DNA of 64,000 nt from Acidilobaceae archaeon (GTDB lineage Archaea; Thermoproteota; Thermoprotei_A; Sulfolobales; Acidilobaceae): the NCBI GenBank assembly GCA_038897215.1, contig JAWAWX010000001.1, positions 928,001-992,000 of the forward strand, written 5' to 3'. Below are positions 1-9,540 of the stretch, in pieces (within the stretch, counting starts at the first letter, position 1; each line of letters begins with the position of its first letter). The position numbers and the translations under genes were made by a program. The notes under the pieces were generated by a model that was not told where the DNA came from, searched no databases, and was given only the letters and a program-made list of their open reading frames with translations.

Positions 1-930
1 AGAGGCTTAGAGAAGCGAGTCGACGTGAGGAGAGCTGAGAGAATCCTGGTATGCGGGATGGGTGGAAGCGGTGCTGCAGGAGACTTAGCGCTACTAGTTG
101 CTCGAATATACGGTTCTAGAGTCTCGATCGATGTAGTTAAGGATTTCTCGGTAGGATTTGAGACCAGAGACTACGACCTAGCGCTAGCTGTGAGCTACTC
201 GGGCAACACTATAGAGACTATCTCTTGTCTCTCCGAAGCTCTAGCGGGGGGCGTTAAAGCCGCTGTTCTCTCAAGCGGGGGTTTGCTTAGAGAGATAGCT
301 GAGAGACGAGGGCTCCCATGGATTCCTCTGAGGAGCGGGTTGAAGCCTAGAGCAGCTCTGCCAGCAATGCTGGGCGCTATTCTAGGAGTCCTAGCGTCTA
401 CCGACTGCCTACGCTTAAGCGAGGAGGAGGTAGAATCGGCTACAGCGCGGCTAGAGAGAGTGAGCGTAGAGGAAGCCAGAGCGTACGCTGAAGCTATAGC
501 TGAGAGCAGCATTGTCACGATAGCCTCTACTAGAGACGTCTCGGCTCTAGCAGAGAGATGGAGGTCGGAGATAGCTGAGAACTCCAAGAAAGTAGCTAAG
601 GTTGAAGTGTACCCCGAGTCTGCTCACAACGACCTCAACTCATGGCTCTTCTTCAAAGCCCCCGCTTCCTTCATAGTGATAGAAGGCTGGAGCGAGTATA
701 GCAGAGAAGCTCTGAGAATAGCGTCGAGGGTCTTCAAGCAAGTCGGTAGAACACTACAAGTGAGTGTCGAGAAGAGTCTAGCGGGCGTCCTGGAGACCTC
801 TCTTCTAGCAGGTTACTCTACAGTTCTGGCAGCTCAAGCTCTAGGCCTAGACCCAGCCGCCACGCCAGCCATAGATGCTTACAGAGGAGAGCTCGAGAAG
901 CTCTGGAGAGCTAGAAGGTCGGGACTCTAA
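1..930 (+). CDS. Bifunctional phosphoglucose/phosphomannose isomerase (SIS fold), probably 5'-truncated by the window edge
   Basis: GMGGSG, SYSGNTIET and YPESAHN motifs; frame is open from base 1. Confidence 0.85.
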   Translation, partial: RGLEKRVDVRRAERILVCGMGGSGAAGDLALLVARIYGSRVSIDVVKDFSVGFETRDYDLALAVSYSGNTIETISCLSEALAGGVKAAVLSSGGLLREIAERRGLPWIPLRSGLKPRAALPAMLGAILGVLASTDCLRLSEEEVESATARLERVSVEEARAYAEAIAESSIVTIASTRDVSALAERWRSEIAENSKKVAKVEVYPESAHNDLNSWLFFKAPASFIVIEGWSEYSREALRIASRVFKQVGRTLQVSVEKSLAGVLETSLLAGYSTVLAAQALGLDPAATPAIDAYRGELEKLWRARRSGL

Positions 931-1000
931 GTCAACTAGGATACTCTAGAGCAACAATATAACCTCCTAGGCTAGCTGATAGCGTGGTGGTGCTCGGTCC

Positions 1001-1855
1001 TTGAGGGTGAGGCTGCCGGCTCACGCTGGCACATTCTACCCGAGTAGGAGAGAGAGCTTGCTGAAAGCGATCAAAGACTCGTTCCTGCACAGACTAGGCC
1101 CAGGAGTCCTCCCCCCGAGAGGCGAGCCTCAGGGAAGAAGTAGCCTAGGCTTTCTAGTGCCTCACGCGGGTTACGTGTACAGCGGGCCTATAGCTGCTCA
1201 CGCGTACCTAAGGCTGGCTATCGAAGGCTGCCCTGATACCGTCGTCCTAGTAGGCCCGAATCATACAGGGATGGGGCTCCCCGTCTCAGTGTATAGCGAG
1301 GGCTACTGGAGGACTCCTCTCGGGGATGTAGAGGTTGATTCTGAGATAGCGAGAAGTATCGCGGCTTTCAGCGAGATAGCTGCTTTCGATCACAGAGCAC
1401 ATCTGGAAGAGCACTCTCTCGAGGTTCAGCTACCATTTCTCCAATACGTTTGCGGCGAGAAGCTCAAGATAGTGCCGGTAACAGTCCTCATCCAGACAGC
1501 AGAGGTGGCGAAGAAGCTGGGAGACGCTATCCTAAGGGTTAGGAGAGAGCTGGGAGCAGACCTAGTCGTCGTAGCGACCTCAGACTTGAATCACTACGAG
1601 CCGCACGACGTCTCAGTGAAGAAGGATGAAGCAGTGCTAGAGGAGTTCCTAGAGCCAGACCCCGAGGGGGTCTTTAGAGTAATCGACGCTCTAGACGTCT
1701 CAGTCTGCGGCCCCGTCTCGCTAGCAATGCTAGCATACATGGCTAAAACCATGGGAGTGAAGCCGGAACTCCTAGCTCACGCGACCTCTGGAGACGTGAC
1801 TGGAGAGAGAGACTTCGTCGTAGGCTATGCTAGCGCCAGAGTCCCTCTAGCTTGA
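1001..1855 (+). CDS. MEMO1 family protein
   Basis: PAHAGTFYP, PHAGYVYSG, GPNHTG, EHSLEVQLPFLQ, TSDLNHY, VVGYAS. Confidence 0.93.
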   Translation: MRVRLPAHAGTFYPSRRESLLKAIKDSFLHRLGPGVLPPRGEPQGRSSLGFLVPHAGYVYSGPIAAHAYLRLAIEGCPDTVVLVGPNHTGMGLPVSVYSEGYWRTPLGDVEVDSEIARSIAAFSEIAAFDHRAHLEEHSLEVQLPFLQYVCGEKLKIVPVTVLIQTAEVAKKLGDAILRVRRELGADLVVVATSDLNHYEPHDVSVKKDEAVLEEFLEPDPEGVFRVIDALDVSVCGPVSLAMLAYMAKTMGVKPELLAHATSGDVTGERDFVVGYASARVPLA

Positions 1856-1871
1856 CGAGGTAGAGACTTCA

Positions 1872-2684
1872 TTGTTTAGAGCGAGATACCTGGTGAGAGT
1901 ACCAGCTATACTCGCTGGAGTACCCATACCTGGGAGTAGAAACCCCTTTATAGCCGCTCCTCTAACGAGCCTCAGGCTCGACGTGGAGCTAAGAGAGTGC
2001 GATGCTCCTAGAGTGGAGGCTAGAGGAGTCTCTAGCTTAGAGGATAGGATTAATTCTCTCTGGAGTAATCTCCTGGAGAACATGGGGCTCCGTTTCTGCT
2101 CTAGAGTAGAGCTAGCTGAAGAGGGGAGGGTTGAAGAGACTCCTCTAGGAGGGCTTTACGCCTCAGTCTCCTCAGCGCTCTACTATGCTTTGGGAGAGGC
2201 TCACGGAGAGAAGCTCTCTCCACGAGACATAGTCGAGAGCCTGAGTCTAGCTGAGCCAATGAGTCTAGATGAGAGCGAGAGGACTCTAGTAGACTCTCTG
2301 AGGTACTCTGCATCCTCGGGTAGTGTTGTGGCTTACAGAGATGTTGATGAAGTCTACGAGTTCAAGACTGTCAAGTTGAGGTCAAGCATTAGCGTTAAGG
2401 GTAGAGTCTATAGGCAGGCTTCTGCTCTCTCTCGAGACGCGCTCAGCATAGACCTCTACAGCTCTCTAGTACATCTAGCGGGGCTAGCTGTTCTCGAGAT
2501 AGCCGAGGAGGTGAGAGACGGGGTAGAACTCCTAGACGCTATAGCTAGACGCAAGCAACTCCTAGACGCTATAGCTATAGCCGTATGGGATCTCGAGAAG
2601 CCTCCTAGAGATTGCTTGTGGAGCCCCTCGCTACCCGGGCTCTTCGAGCTCCTGTGTGTAGAGGAGTGGAGGAGAGGTGTGTAG
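1872..2684 (+). CDS. Hypothetical protein, possibly a degenerate GHMP-kinase fold in the mevalonate kinase gene slot
   Basis: Coupled between MEMO1 and IPK; weak remnants of GHMP motifs (PAILAG...FIAAPL; PLGGLYASVSSAL). Confidence 0.55.
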   Translation: MFRARYLVRVPAILAGVPIPGSRNPFIAAPLTSLRLDVELRECDAPRVEARGVSSLEDRINSLWSNLLENMGLRFCSRVELAEEGRVEETPLGGLYASVSSALYYALGEAHGEKLSPRDIVESLSLAEPMSLDESERTLVDSLRYSASSGSVVAYRDVDEVYEFKTVKLRSSISVKGRVYRQASALSRDALSIDLYSSLVHLAGLAVLEIAEEVRDGVELLDAIARRKQLLDAIAIAVWDLEKPPRDCLWSPSLPGLFELLCVEEWRRGV

Positions 2685-3423
2685 GCTAGCCGTAGTCAAG
2701 CTCGGGGGGAGTGTTGTAACCAGGAAGAGCGAGCCTGAGACTATAGACTACGAGAATCTAGCCTCGTGCTCTCGAGCGGTGAGAGAGTACCTGGATAGAG
2801 GCGGCAGGCTGGTTCTAGTGCTGGGAGGGGGGAGCTTTGGTCACTACGCTGTCCGCAAGCTACTCGAGTCTAAGAGGGGTCTCGACGCTAGAGACTCTAG
2901 CGTAGTACAGCTCTCGATGATGAAGCTAGCCTTAAGCGTTCTACTCGAGCTCCATCGCTCAGGCGTGCCAGCTGTAGCACACCCTCCTCACTCTATCTGC
3001 GAGAACGCTGACGCAGAGTCCTGCGATACAGCGGTGATCCGGAGAGACCTATCTCTAGGGCTCGTGCCCGTAGTCTTCGGAGACGCCATCCCGTCTGGTA
3101 GAGGCGCGGAGATAATCAGCGGAGACGATATAGCAGCTGAGATAGCGTCATCGCTGAGAGCAGACTGCCTGATATTCGTGACGTCGGCTCCGGGAGTATT
3201 AGCTAGAAACGGTGAGGTTGTGAGGGTAGTGAGAAGCCTAGACGAAATCGAACTCTTCTCCACAGAAGGCTTTGACGTAACGGGAGGCATAGCTAGAAAG
3301 GTGGAGAGAGCTCTGCAAGCCTCGAGGATGGTTGAGAACGTTAGGATAGTTGGCGTTAAAGACCTAGGCAGAGCTCTCGCTGGAGACGATGTGGGGACTA
3401 GGGTGGTAGCTAGTGGGGAATAA
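2677..3423 (+). CDS. Isopentenyl phosphate kinase
   Basis: VKLGGSVVTRK, GGGSFGH, ISGDD, DVTGGI; adjacent to IDI-2. Confidence 0.9.
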   Translation: MCRLAVVKLGGSVVTRKSEPETIDYENLASCSRAVREYLDRGGRLVLVLGGGSFGHYAVRKLLESKRGLDARDSSVVQLSMMKLALSVLLELHRSGVPAVAHPPHSICENADAESCDTAVIRRDLSLGLVPVVFGDAIPSGRGAEIISGDDIAAEIASSLRADCLIFVTSAPGVLARNGEVVRVVRSLDEIELFSTEGFDVTGGIARKVERALQASRMVENVRIVGVKDLGRALAGDDVGTRVVASGE

Positions 3424-4522
3424 CACTCCTTCGAGAAAGCTAGAGCACGTCTTGATCTCGGTTAGGGAAGACGTAGAGTACAAGGCTTCAACTCTCCTCG
3501 AGTACCTCAGATTAGTCCACGACCCCCTACCAGACTCGGACCTCGAGGATGTAGACTTGAGCGTAGACTTCTGCAACTCAGGCAAGACTCTCAGCGCTCC
3601 TATAGTGATAGCGGGGATGACTGGAGGACACTTAGACGTGGCTTGGATAAACGAGGCTCTAGCTCGGCTAGCCGAGGAGCTAGGCTTAGCGATGGGCGTT
3701 GGTAGCCAGAGAGCAGCTCTAGAAGACCCCTCTCTAGAAGCCACGTTCAGGGTCGCTAGAGAAGCAGCTCCGAGAGCGTTCCTGATAGCTAATATCGGGG
3801 GAGCGCAGCTAGTGAGAGGGTATAGTGCTAGAGAGTTGAAGAAAGCAGTAGACATGATTAGAGCAGACGCTCTAGCAATACACCTAAACCCCGCTCAGGA
3901 AGCCTTCCAGCCAGAGGGAGAGCCGACCTATAGAGGGCTCGTCGAGAAGCTAGCCGAGATAGTAGACTCTCTCGACGTCCCAGTCATCGTGAAAGAAACC
4001 GGAGCCGGGCTCGGGAGAGAGGCTATCAGAGAGCTCTACAACATAGGCTTTAGATGCTTCGACGTCCAGGGGCGTGGTGGAACCAGCTGGATCAAGGTAG
4101 AGTATTATAGGAGAGGAGGGGGGAGCTCTGAGATAGCAGACGAGTGGGGCAACCCTACAGCCGTAGCCGTAGTAGAGGCTAGAGTAGCCGCTCCGAGAGC
4201 ATTCGTAATCGGTAGCGGAGGGGTCAGGAGTTCTCTCGATATAGCGAAGGTGATAGCTCTAGGAGCTGACTCTGCTGCTCTCGCTAGACCATTCTTGAAG
4301 ACTCTCTTCGAGGAAGGCTACGAGAAGCTGAGAGAGAAGACGAGGAGCCTCATAGGGGAGCTTAGAGCCCTAGTGTTCCTCAGTGGAGGGCGTAGAGTCA
4401 GAGACCTGTGGAAGACCCCCATAGCTGTCACGGGGAGGCTTAGAGAGGAGCTTGAAGCTAGAGGGGTCGATGTAGAGGAGTATATAAGAAGAGGGAGGCT
4501 ACTACCACTCCTCAGGATTTGA
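3413..4522 (+). CDS. fni: Type 2 isopentenyl-diphosphate delta-isomerase (FMN-dependent)
   Basis: RKLEH, GMTGG, GVGSQR, HLNPAQE, VKETG, GGTSW. Confidence 0.95.
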   Translation: MGNNTPSRKLEHVLISVREDVEYKASTLLEYLRLVHDPLPDSDLEDVDLSVDFCNSGKTLSAPIVIAGMTGGHLDVAWINEALARLAEELGLAMGVGSQRAALEDPSLEATFRVAREAAPRAFLIANIGGAQLVRGYSARELKKAVDMIRADALAIHLNPAQEAFQPEGEPTYRGLVEKLAEIVDSLDVPVIVKETGAGLGREAIRELYNIGFRCFDVQGRGGTSWIKVEYYRRGGGSSEIADEWGNPTAVAVVEARVAAPRAFVIGSGGVRSSLDIAKVIALGADSAALARPFLKTLFEEGYEKLREKTRSLIGELRALVFLSGGRRVRDLWKTPIAVTGRLREELEARGVDVEEYIRRGRLLPLLRI

Positions 4523-5547
4523 GGGGAGAGGAGATGGTGAGAAGCTTAGAGGAGGCTCTGCAGAAGTACTCGAGGCTAGTAGACCACTTTCTCTTCGAGA
4601 ACATCTCGGGGATGCCTGAGGAGCTCTACCGAGCGTCACTACATCTCATTAAAGCTGGCGGGAAGAGGCTCAGGCCAGCGCTCACACTACTCACTGCTAG
4701 AATGCTGGGAGGCGTTGAGGCTGAGAGTAGAGCTCTCCCTCTAGCCGCAGCTGTAGAGGTAGCTCACACTTTCACCTTGATCCACGATGATATAATCGAT
4801 ATGGATGACTATAGGAGAGGGGTTCCTACTGTGCATAAGCTATGGGGGGTAGACTGGGCTGTGCTAGCTGGAGACCTGCTTCACGCTTACGCGTACAAGT
4901 TCATAGTGAACAGCTACAGGTATGGGCTCACTAAAGCCGAGGCTCATGAAGCCATGGAGGTGTTGACGGAGGCTGGCATAAAGATCTCTAGGGGGCAAGC
5001 TTTCGACATGCTCTTCGAGAAGACGTGGGACGTAACTGTGACCGATTACCTAACCATGGTCTACCACAAGACTGGAGCCATGATGGAAGCTTCGGGAAAG
5101 TTTGGAGCAATAGCTGCGCGAGCCTCAGGAGACGTGGTGGAACTCATGGGGCAGTACGGAGCTTTCGTGGGAGTAGCTTTCCAGATAAGAGACGACTATC
5201 TGGGAGTCTTCGGAGACCCGGCTAAGACAGGCAAGCCTGTGTACAGCGACCTTAGGAGAGCTAAGAAGACATTCCTGGTTCTCTACGCTCTCTCAGTACT
5301 CGATGCAGACGAGAAGAAGCAGCTGATGGACATACTGACAAAAGGCTACAAGGCTACAGAGGAGGAGCTGAGGACAGCCGCTGAGCTGATCAAGAAAGCT
5401 GGAGCAGACGTGGAGGCGGATAGGCTAGCGAGAGTGTACGTGGGTAGAGCTAAGGAGATACTGATGGGTTTAAGCAATGTTGTCGACAAGCAAGCTAGAA
5501 AGAGTCTAGAAGAGCTGGCTGATTACGCGATCGAGAGGGAGAAGTGA
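4519..5547 (+). CDS. gds: Geranylgeranyl diphosphate synthase (polyprenyl synthase); start may be ATG 4534
   Basis: GGKRLRP, HDDIIDMDDYRRG, GQAFD, KTG, FQIRDD. Confidence 0.93.
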   Translation: MRGEEMVRSLEEALQKYSRLVDHFLFENISGMPEELYRASLHLIKAGGKRLRPALTLLTARMLGGVEAESRALPLAAAVEVAHTFTLIHDDIIDMDDYRRGVPTVHKLWGVDWAVLAGDLLHAYAYKFIVNSYRYGLTKAEAHEAMEVLTEAGIKISRGQAFDMLFEKTWDVTVTDYLTMVYHKTGAMMEASGKFGAIAARASGDVVELMGQYGAFVGVAFQIRDDYLGVFGDPAKTGKPVYSDLRRAKKTFLVLYALSVLDADEKKQLMDILTKGYKATEEELRTAAELIKKAGADVEADRLARVYVGRAKEILMGLSNVVDKQARKSLEELADYAIEREK

Positions 5548-5574
5548 GAGTCTAGAGGGAGCTGGTGCTATCTC

Positions 5575-7284
5575 GTGAGCTCAGAGCATCTAGAGAGACT
5601 CGTTAGGGGCTATGTGTGCAAAGATATCTACAAGCACGGAGGCAGAGCTAGAGTAGAGAGCGTAGTCTCAATGATACTCTCAGACTACCCTGAGCTGAGG
5701 AAGCAGGCTAGAGAGATAGCCGAGATCGCTAGAAGGCTAGCTCAAGAGCTCTCAGGACTAAGCGTGCCTGAAGCTGAGCGCATCTTGAGAGAAGAGTACC
5801 CAGAGCTTCTGGGAGAGAAGGAGAAGACCGTGGAGAAGAAGACACTACCACCGCTTCCAGGAGCTCTCGAGGGGAGAGTTAGGCTTAGATTCGCTCCCAA
5901 CCCCGATTTCCACATACACCTAGGCAACGCGAGACCAGCCATAGTTAGCGACGAGTACGCGAAGATGTACAGAGGAACGCTAATCCTGAGATTCGAGGAC
6001 ACAGACCCTAGGACTAAGACTCCTCTTCTCGAAGCCTACGATAGCATAAGAGAGGACCTGCGCTGGCTCGGAGTAGTGTGGCACGAGGAGTATATTCAGA
6101 GCTTGAGGCTAAACGTGTACTACGACGTGGCTCGAGAGATGCTGAAGAGAGGGCACGCATACGTGGATACCTGTAGAGAGAAGAGCAGAGAGCTGCTCAG
6201 AGCAGGGCTGTACTGCAGAGACAGAGATAGGGAAGCCGAGTGGCAGCTAGAGCAGTTCGATAGAATGCTCGAGGGAGCCTACGGAGAGGGAGAGGCTGTA
6301 GTCAGGGTCAAGACAGACCCCCAGCACCCTAACCCCAGTGTGAGAGACTGGGTGGCTCTCAGGATAATAGACACGGAGAAGTACCCACACCCCCTCACTG
6401 GCTCCAAGTATAGAGTATGGCCTACCTACAACTTCGCCGTAGCTATAGACGACTACTTGATGAATGTGACGCACGTGATTAGAGGCAAGGAGCACGAGGT
6501 GAATACCGAGAAGCAGCTCTACGTCTACAAGGCTATGGGGTGGAGCACGCCGCACTTCATCCACGTGGGGAGGCTCAAGCTAGAAGGCTTCATCTTGAGC
6601 AAAAGCAAGATAAGAGAGCTCCTCTCAAGAGAGAAGGGCAGATTCCTGGGCTACGATGACCCGAGATTCGGGACTATAGCCTCTCTCAGGAGGCGCGGCG
6701 TAACTCCAGAGGCGATCAGAGAGCTCATCCTAACAGTGGGAGTGAGAGAAGTGGATGCTAAGATAAGCTGGGAGAATCTAGCAGCGATCAACAGGAAGAT
6801 AGTGGATAGGAGAGCGGATAGAGTAATGTTCGTATGGAACCCTGTAGAGCTAGAGTACGATGGGCCCTGCTTCGATGCAGAAGTCCCCTACCACCCAGAC
6901 GACCCTAGCCGCAAGAAGACTATAGGAGTGTGTGGTGGCGACAGGATCTACATAAGCGGAGACGACGCCAGCTTGAAGGAGTTCAGGCTGATGGGTGGAG
7001 TGAACGTGAGAGTTGAGGATGGCAGAGCAGTCTTCGTCTCTAGAGAGCTCGACTACGCGAGGTCCCGGAGACTCCAGATAATCCAGTGGGTGCCTGATAG
7101 AGGCAAGGTGGACCTCACAGTACTCGAGCCCTCAGGCTTAGACCTGATAGCTTATAGAGGGTATGCTGAGCCAGCTCTCCGAGAGTACAAGACTGGAGCC
7201 CGGCTACAGCTAGTTAGGTTCGCTTTCGTCGTGATCGACTCGGTGAGCGGCGACTCCTACACAGCTATACTAACGCATAGATGA
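5575..7284 (+). CDS. gltX: Glutamyl-tRNA synthetase
   Basis: RFAPNP, HLGN (HIGH-like), LRFEDTDP, THVIRGKEH, LSKS. Confidence 0.96.
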   Translation: MSSEHLERLVRGYVCKDIYKHGGRARVESVVSMILSDYPELRKQAREIAEIARRLAQELSGLSVPEAERILREEYPELLGEKEKTVEKKTLPPLPGALEGRVRLRFAPNPDFHIHLGNARPAIVSDEYAKMYRGTLILRFEDTDPRTKTPLLEAYDSIREDLRWLGVVWHEEYIQSLRLNVYYDVAREMLKRGHAYVDTCREKSRELLRAGLYCRDRDREAEWQLEQFDRMLEGAYGEGEAVVRVKTDPQHPNPSVRDWVALRIIDTEKYPHPLTGSKYRVWPTYNFAVAIDDYLMNVTHVIRGKEHEVNTEKQLYVYKAMGWSTPHFIHVGRLKLEGFILSKSKIRELLSREKGRFLGYDDPRFGTIASLRRRGVTPEAIRELILTVGVREVDAKISWENLAAINRKIVDRRADRVMFVWNPVELEYDGPCFDAEVPYHPDDPSRKKTIGVCGGDRIYISGDDASLKEFRLMGGVNVRVEDGRAVFVSRELDYARSRRLQIIQWVPDRGKVDLTVLEPSGLDLIAYRGYAEPALREYKTGARLQLVRFAFVVIDSVSGDSYTAILTHR

Positions 7285-7299
7285 GAGAGCACTCGAGAC

Positions 7300-7425
7300 C
7301 TAGCAGCCTAGCGCGTAGTAGGACGCCTTGTAGAACTCTAGCTCCTCCTCGTCCTCGCTAACACTCACTCTACTCTTCCTCTCCGGCTCCTCGACCCCGG
7401 TTCTCGCGAGCCAGACTAAGCTCAC
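7300..7425 (-). CDS. Candidate 41-aa small protein (MSLVWLARTGVEEPERKSRVSVSEDEEELEFYKASYYALGC), not in the ORF track
   Basis: Hand translation; GTG start preceded by GGTGGAG; AT-rich box near 7460. Confidence 0.4.
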   Translation of the reverse strand: MSLVWLARTGVEEPERKSRVSVSEDEEELEFYKASYYALGC

Positions 7426-7590
7426 ACACTCCACCACTCAATAGGCTCTAGCCGAGCCCTTATTAGGAGGTGTCCAGAGCCTCTATCGACAGAAGACTAT
7501 GTGAGCAACGGTCCCCTAGGTGAACGCTCCTCACGCGCTCGGGCGACCGTCGTCCGGTCATCCCACTCTACTATACCCTGAGAGGGAGCC

Positions 7591-8757
7591 TTATATGGTG
7601 AGCTTTCTAGCTCGCCAGAGAACCGAGGATGCCCTCGTCCCCGCGAGGATAGCTTTGCTTATCTCCGAGAGGACCTTCTTATCGTGATAGGGGATCTCGA
7701 TCTTGTCTTTGTCGTAGATGTGGAGTAAGAGCTCTAGCTTGAATAAGAGGTATTCTCGCATAGCTCTCCTCGAGCTCCTCGTTAGAGGGTCCCAGGGGTA
7801 GCTTTTAGAGCCCAGTAATCCTAGAACGAATGCTTGCAGAGCTCTCTCTAAGCCCGCTCCGTAGCCTCCTTCGAGGACGGCGACGACTGCTCTCTTAGCG
7901 CGGCTAGCTATAATCCTGCCTAGAGAGTAGTAGAACTTAGTCCCTATATTCGATGGGACCATATCGTAGTCTCCTCTGTAAGAATCGAAGCCTGCTGATA
8001 CGACAACGTAATCAGGGCTCCAGGACTTGAGAGCTACGTCTACGAGCTTTAGCGAGTCTAGAGCTATATCGTCTCCCGCTAGCATCGGGAACACTATGTT
8101 GAGCTTTGTGCCCTCTCCGCCGCCAGCTCCTATCTCGCTAGGTCTCCCGGTAAACGGGAAGACAAACCTGGGGTCGAAGTGTAGGTCTATGTGGAGCACG
8201 TCACTCCTACTATAGAATATCTCTGCTGTGCCGTTACCGTGGTGAGCGTCGAAGTCCACGACTGCAACGCCGCCGTGATTAGCTAGAACGTTAGCAATCG
8301 CCGCTGTAGCGTTCACGAGGCAGAAGCCTTGAGACGGAGAGCCTCTAGCTCTGCCATCGAAGCCAGCGTGGTGACTCGGAGGTCTAGCAGCCACTAGAGA
8401 GCTCTTCCCGGAGAGAGCGTAGGATACTGCTTTCATCGAGGCTCCCGCTAGTCTCTCAAGAGCAGCCCTCGTGCCCGGAGAGATGTAGGTATCCGAGTCT
8501 ATGTACGTGGCGCCGCCTCGTCTCAGCATGTCTCTTAGACGCTCGAGGTACCTACTGGAGTGAACAATCCTGAAGAATGAAAGAGAAGCTCTCGGGCTCT
8601 TCGTGAAAACAACCCTCCTGCCTTTCGGTAAGAGCTCTGAGAGCTTCTCCAAGGACTCGAGAGCTCTAGCTAGTCTCTTGGGGCGCTCGGGGTTAGAGTC
8701 GGGAGGCTCGTGTAGCATGAAGTCTTCATGCGTTATGACGGCGAGCTCTCTAACCAC
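7591..8757 (-). CDS. Histone deacetylase/acetoin utilization (AcuC) family Zn deacetylase
   Basis: PERPKRL, RPPSHHA, GFC, DFDAHHGNGT, SAGFD, LEGGY; GTG 8757 preceded by AGGAG is preferred over 8820. Confidence 0.9.
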   Translation of the reverse strand: MVRELAVITHEDFMLHEPPDSNPERPKRLARALESLEKLSELLPKGRRVVFTKSPRASLSFFRIVHSSRYLERLRDMLRRGGATYIDSDTYISPGTRAALERLAGASMKAVSYALSGKSSLVAARPPSHHAGFDGRARGSPSQGFCLVNATAAIANVLANHGGVAVVDFDAHHGNGTAEIFYSRSDVLHIDLHFDPRFVFPFTGRPSEIGAGGGEGTKLNIVFPMLAGDDIALDSLKLVDVALKSWSPDYVVVSAGFDSYRGDYDMVPSNIGTKFYYSLGRIIASRAKRAVVAVLEGGYGAGLERALQAFVLGLLGSKSYPWDPLTRSSRRAMREYLLFKLELLLHIYDKDKIEIPYHDKKVLSEISKAILAGTRASSVLWRARKLTI

Positions 8758-8819
8758 TCTAAAGACTCCTAGAGCTTCTCTCCTAAAATAAGAGTATTTA
8801 ACGCTTAAAATTAACGCCA

Positions 8820-8918
8820 AGCCCGCGCCTCAGTCTCGCATAGCTACCCGGAGCTTTGCGAGCCAACCCGGGTAGAGACCCCGGCTCTATGGCGAGACGA
8901 GTCAGCTGAAACGCGGGC
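8820..8918 (-). ncRNA. Candidate ~100-nt structured non-coding RNA
   Basis: Nested inverted repeats GCCCGCG/CGCGGGC, TCAG/CTGA, GTCTCGC/GCGAGAC, CTACCCGG/CCGGGTAG in an intergenic gap. Confidence 0.45.
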
Positions 8919-9039
8919 TGTAGTATAGCTATAGTCTACAAGCAATCCTCGAGCCTAGCTGGATGTAGCTTCTAGCGCGTAGACTCTCTCCTATTAACGT
9001 CTAAGAGTCGAGAGCCGATCTCGAGAGGGCTCGAGTAGA

Positions 9040-9540
9040 GTGAAGTCTAGGCGAGTAGCGGACTTGTTCGATTTCGTTAACTTCGGGAGTATCTGCGCGA
9101 AGTGCAAGAACAACTGCTGCCATAGATTCTACGCTGTGCTACTCCCCGAGGAGGAAGAGTTGTTTGAAGAAGCCTCCACGGAGGTCTCTACCCCGCTGGG
9201 GCCAGTCAAGACCCTAGGCCGCCCTGGTAGAGTATGCCCCTTCCTAGACGAGAGAGGCTTCTGCAGAGTCTACAATAAGAGACCTATGGATTGCAGAGCG
9301 TGGCCTGTGATAATGTACTACGATTTCGAGACAGGCGAGAGAGTAATCTACCTAGACCTAGACTGCGAAGCTGTGAGAGAGAAGAGGGTCCCAGCTTCTC
9401 TAATCAACAAGATAATAGAAGTCCTAGCTAGAGCCCCTATAGACGACGAGTGGTTGAAGAGATACACTCTAGCTCCATGGCCTAATAATCTCGTCGAGAT
9501 AGCTAGGATTAAGCTTGAGAAGCTCGAGGTCTCTGGCTGA
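9040..9540 (+). CDS. YkgJ-family cysteine-cluster (Zn/Fe-chelating) protein
   Basis: CAKCKNNCC...CPFLD..G.C.VY..RP..CR.WP. Confidence 0.85.
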   Translation: MKSRRVADLFDFVNFGSICAKCKNNCCHRFYAVLLPEEEELFEEASTEVSTPLGPVKTLGRPGRVCPFLDERGFCRVYNKRPMDCRAWPVIMYYDFETGERVIYLDLDCEAVREKRVPASLINKIIEVLARAPIDDEWLKRYTLAPWPNNLVEIARIKLEKLEVSG

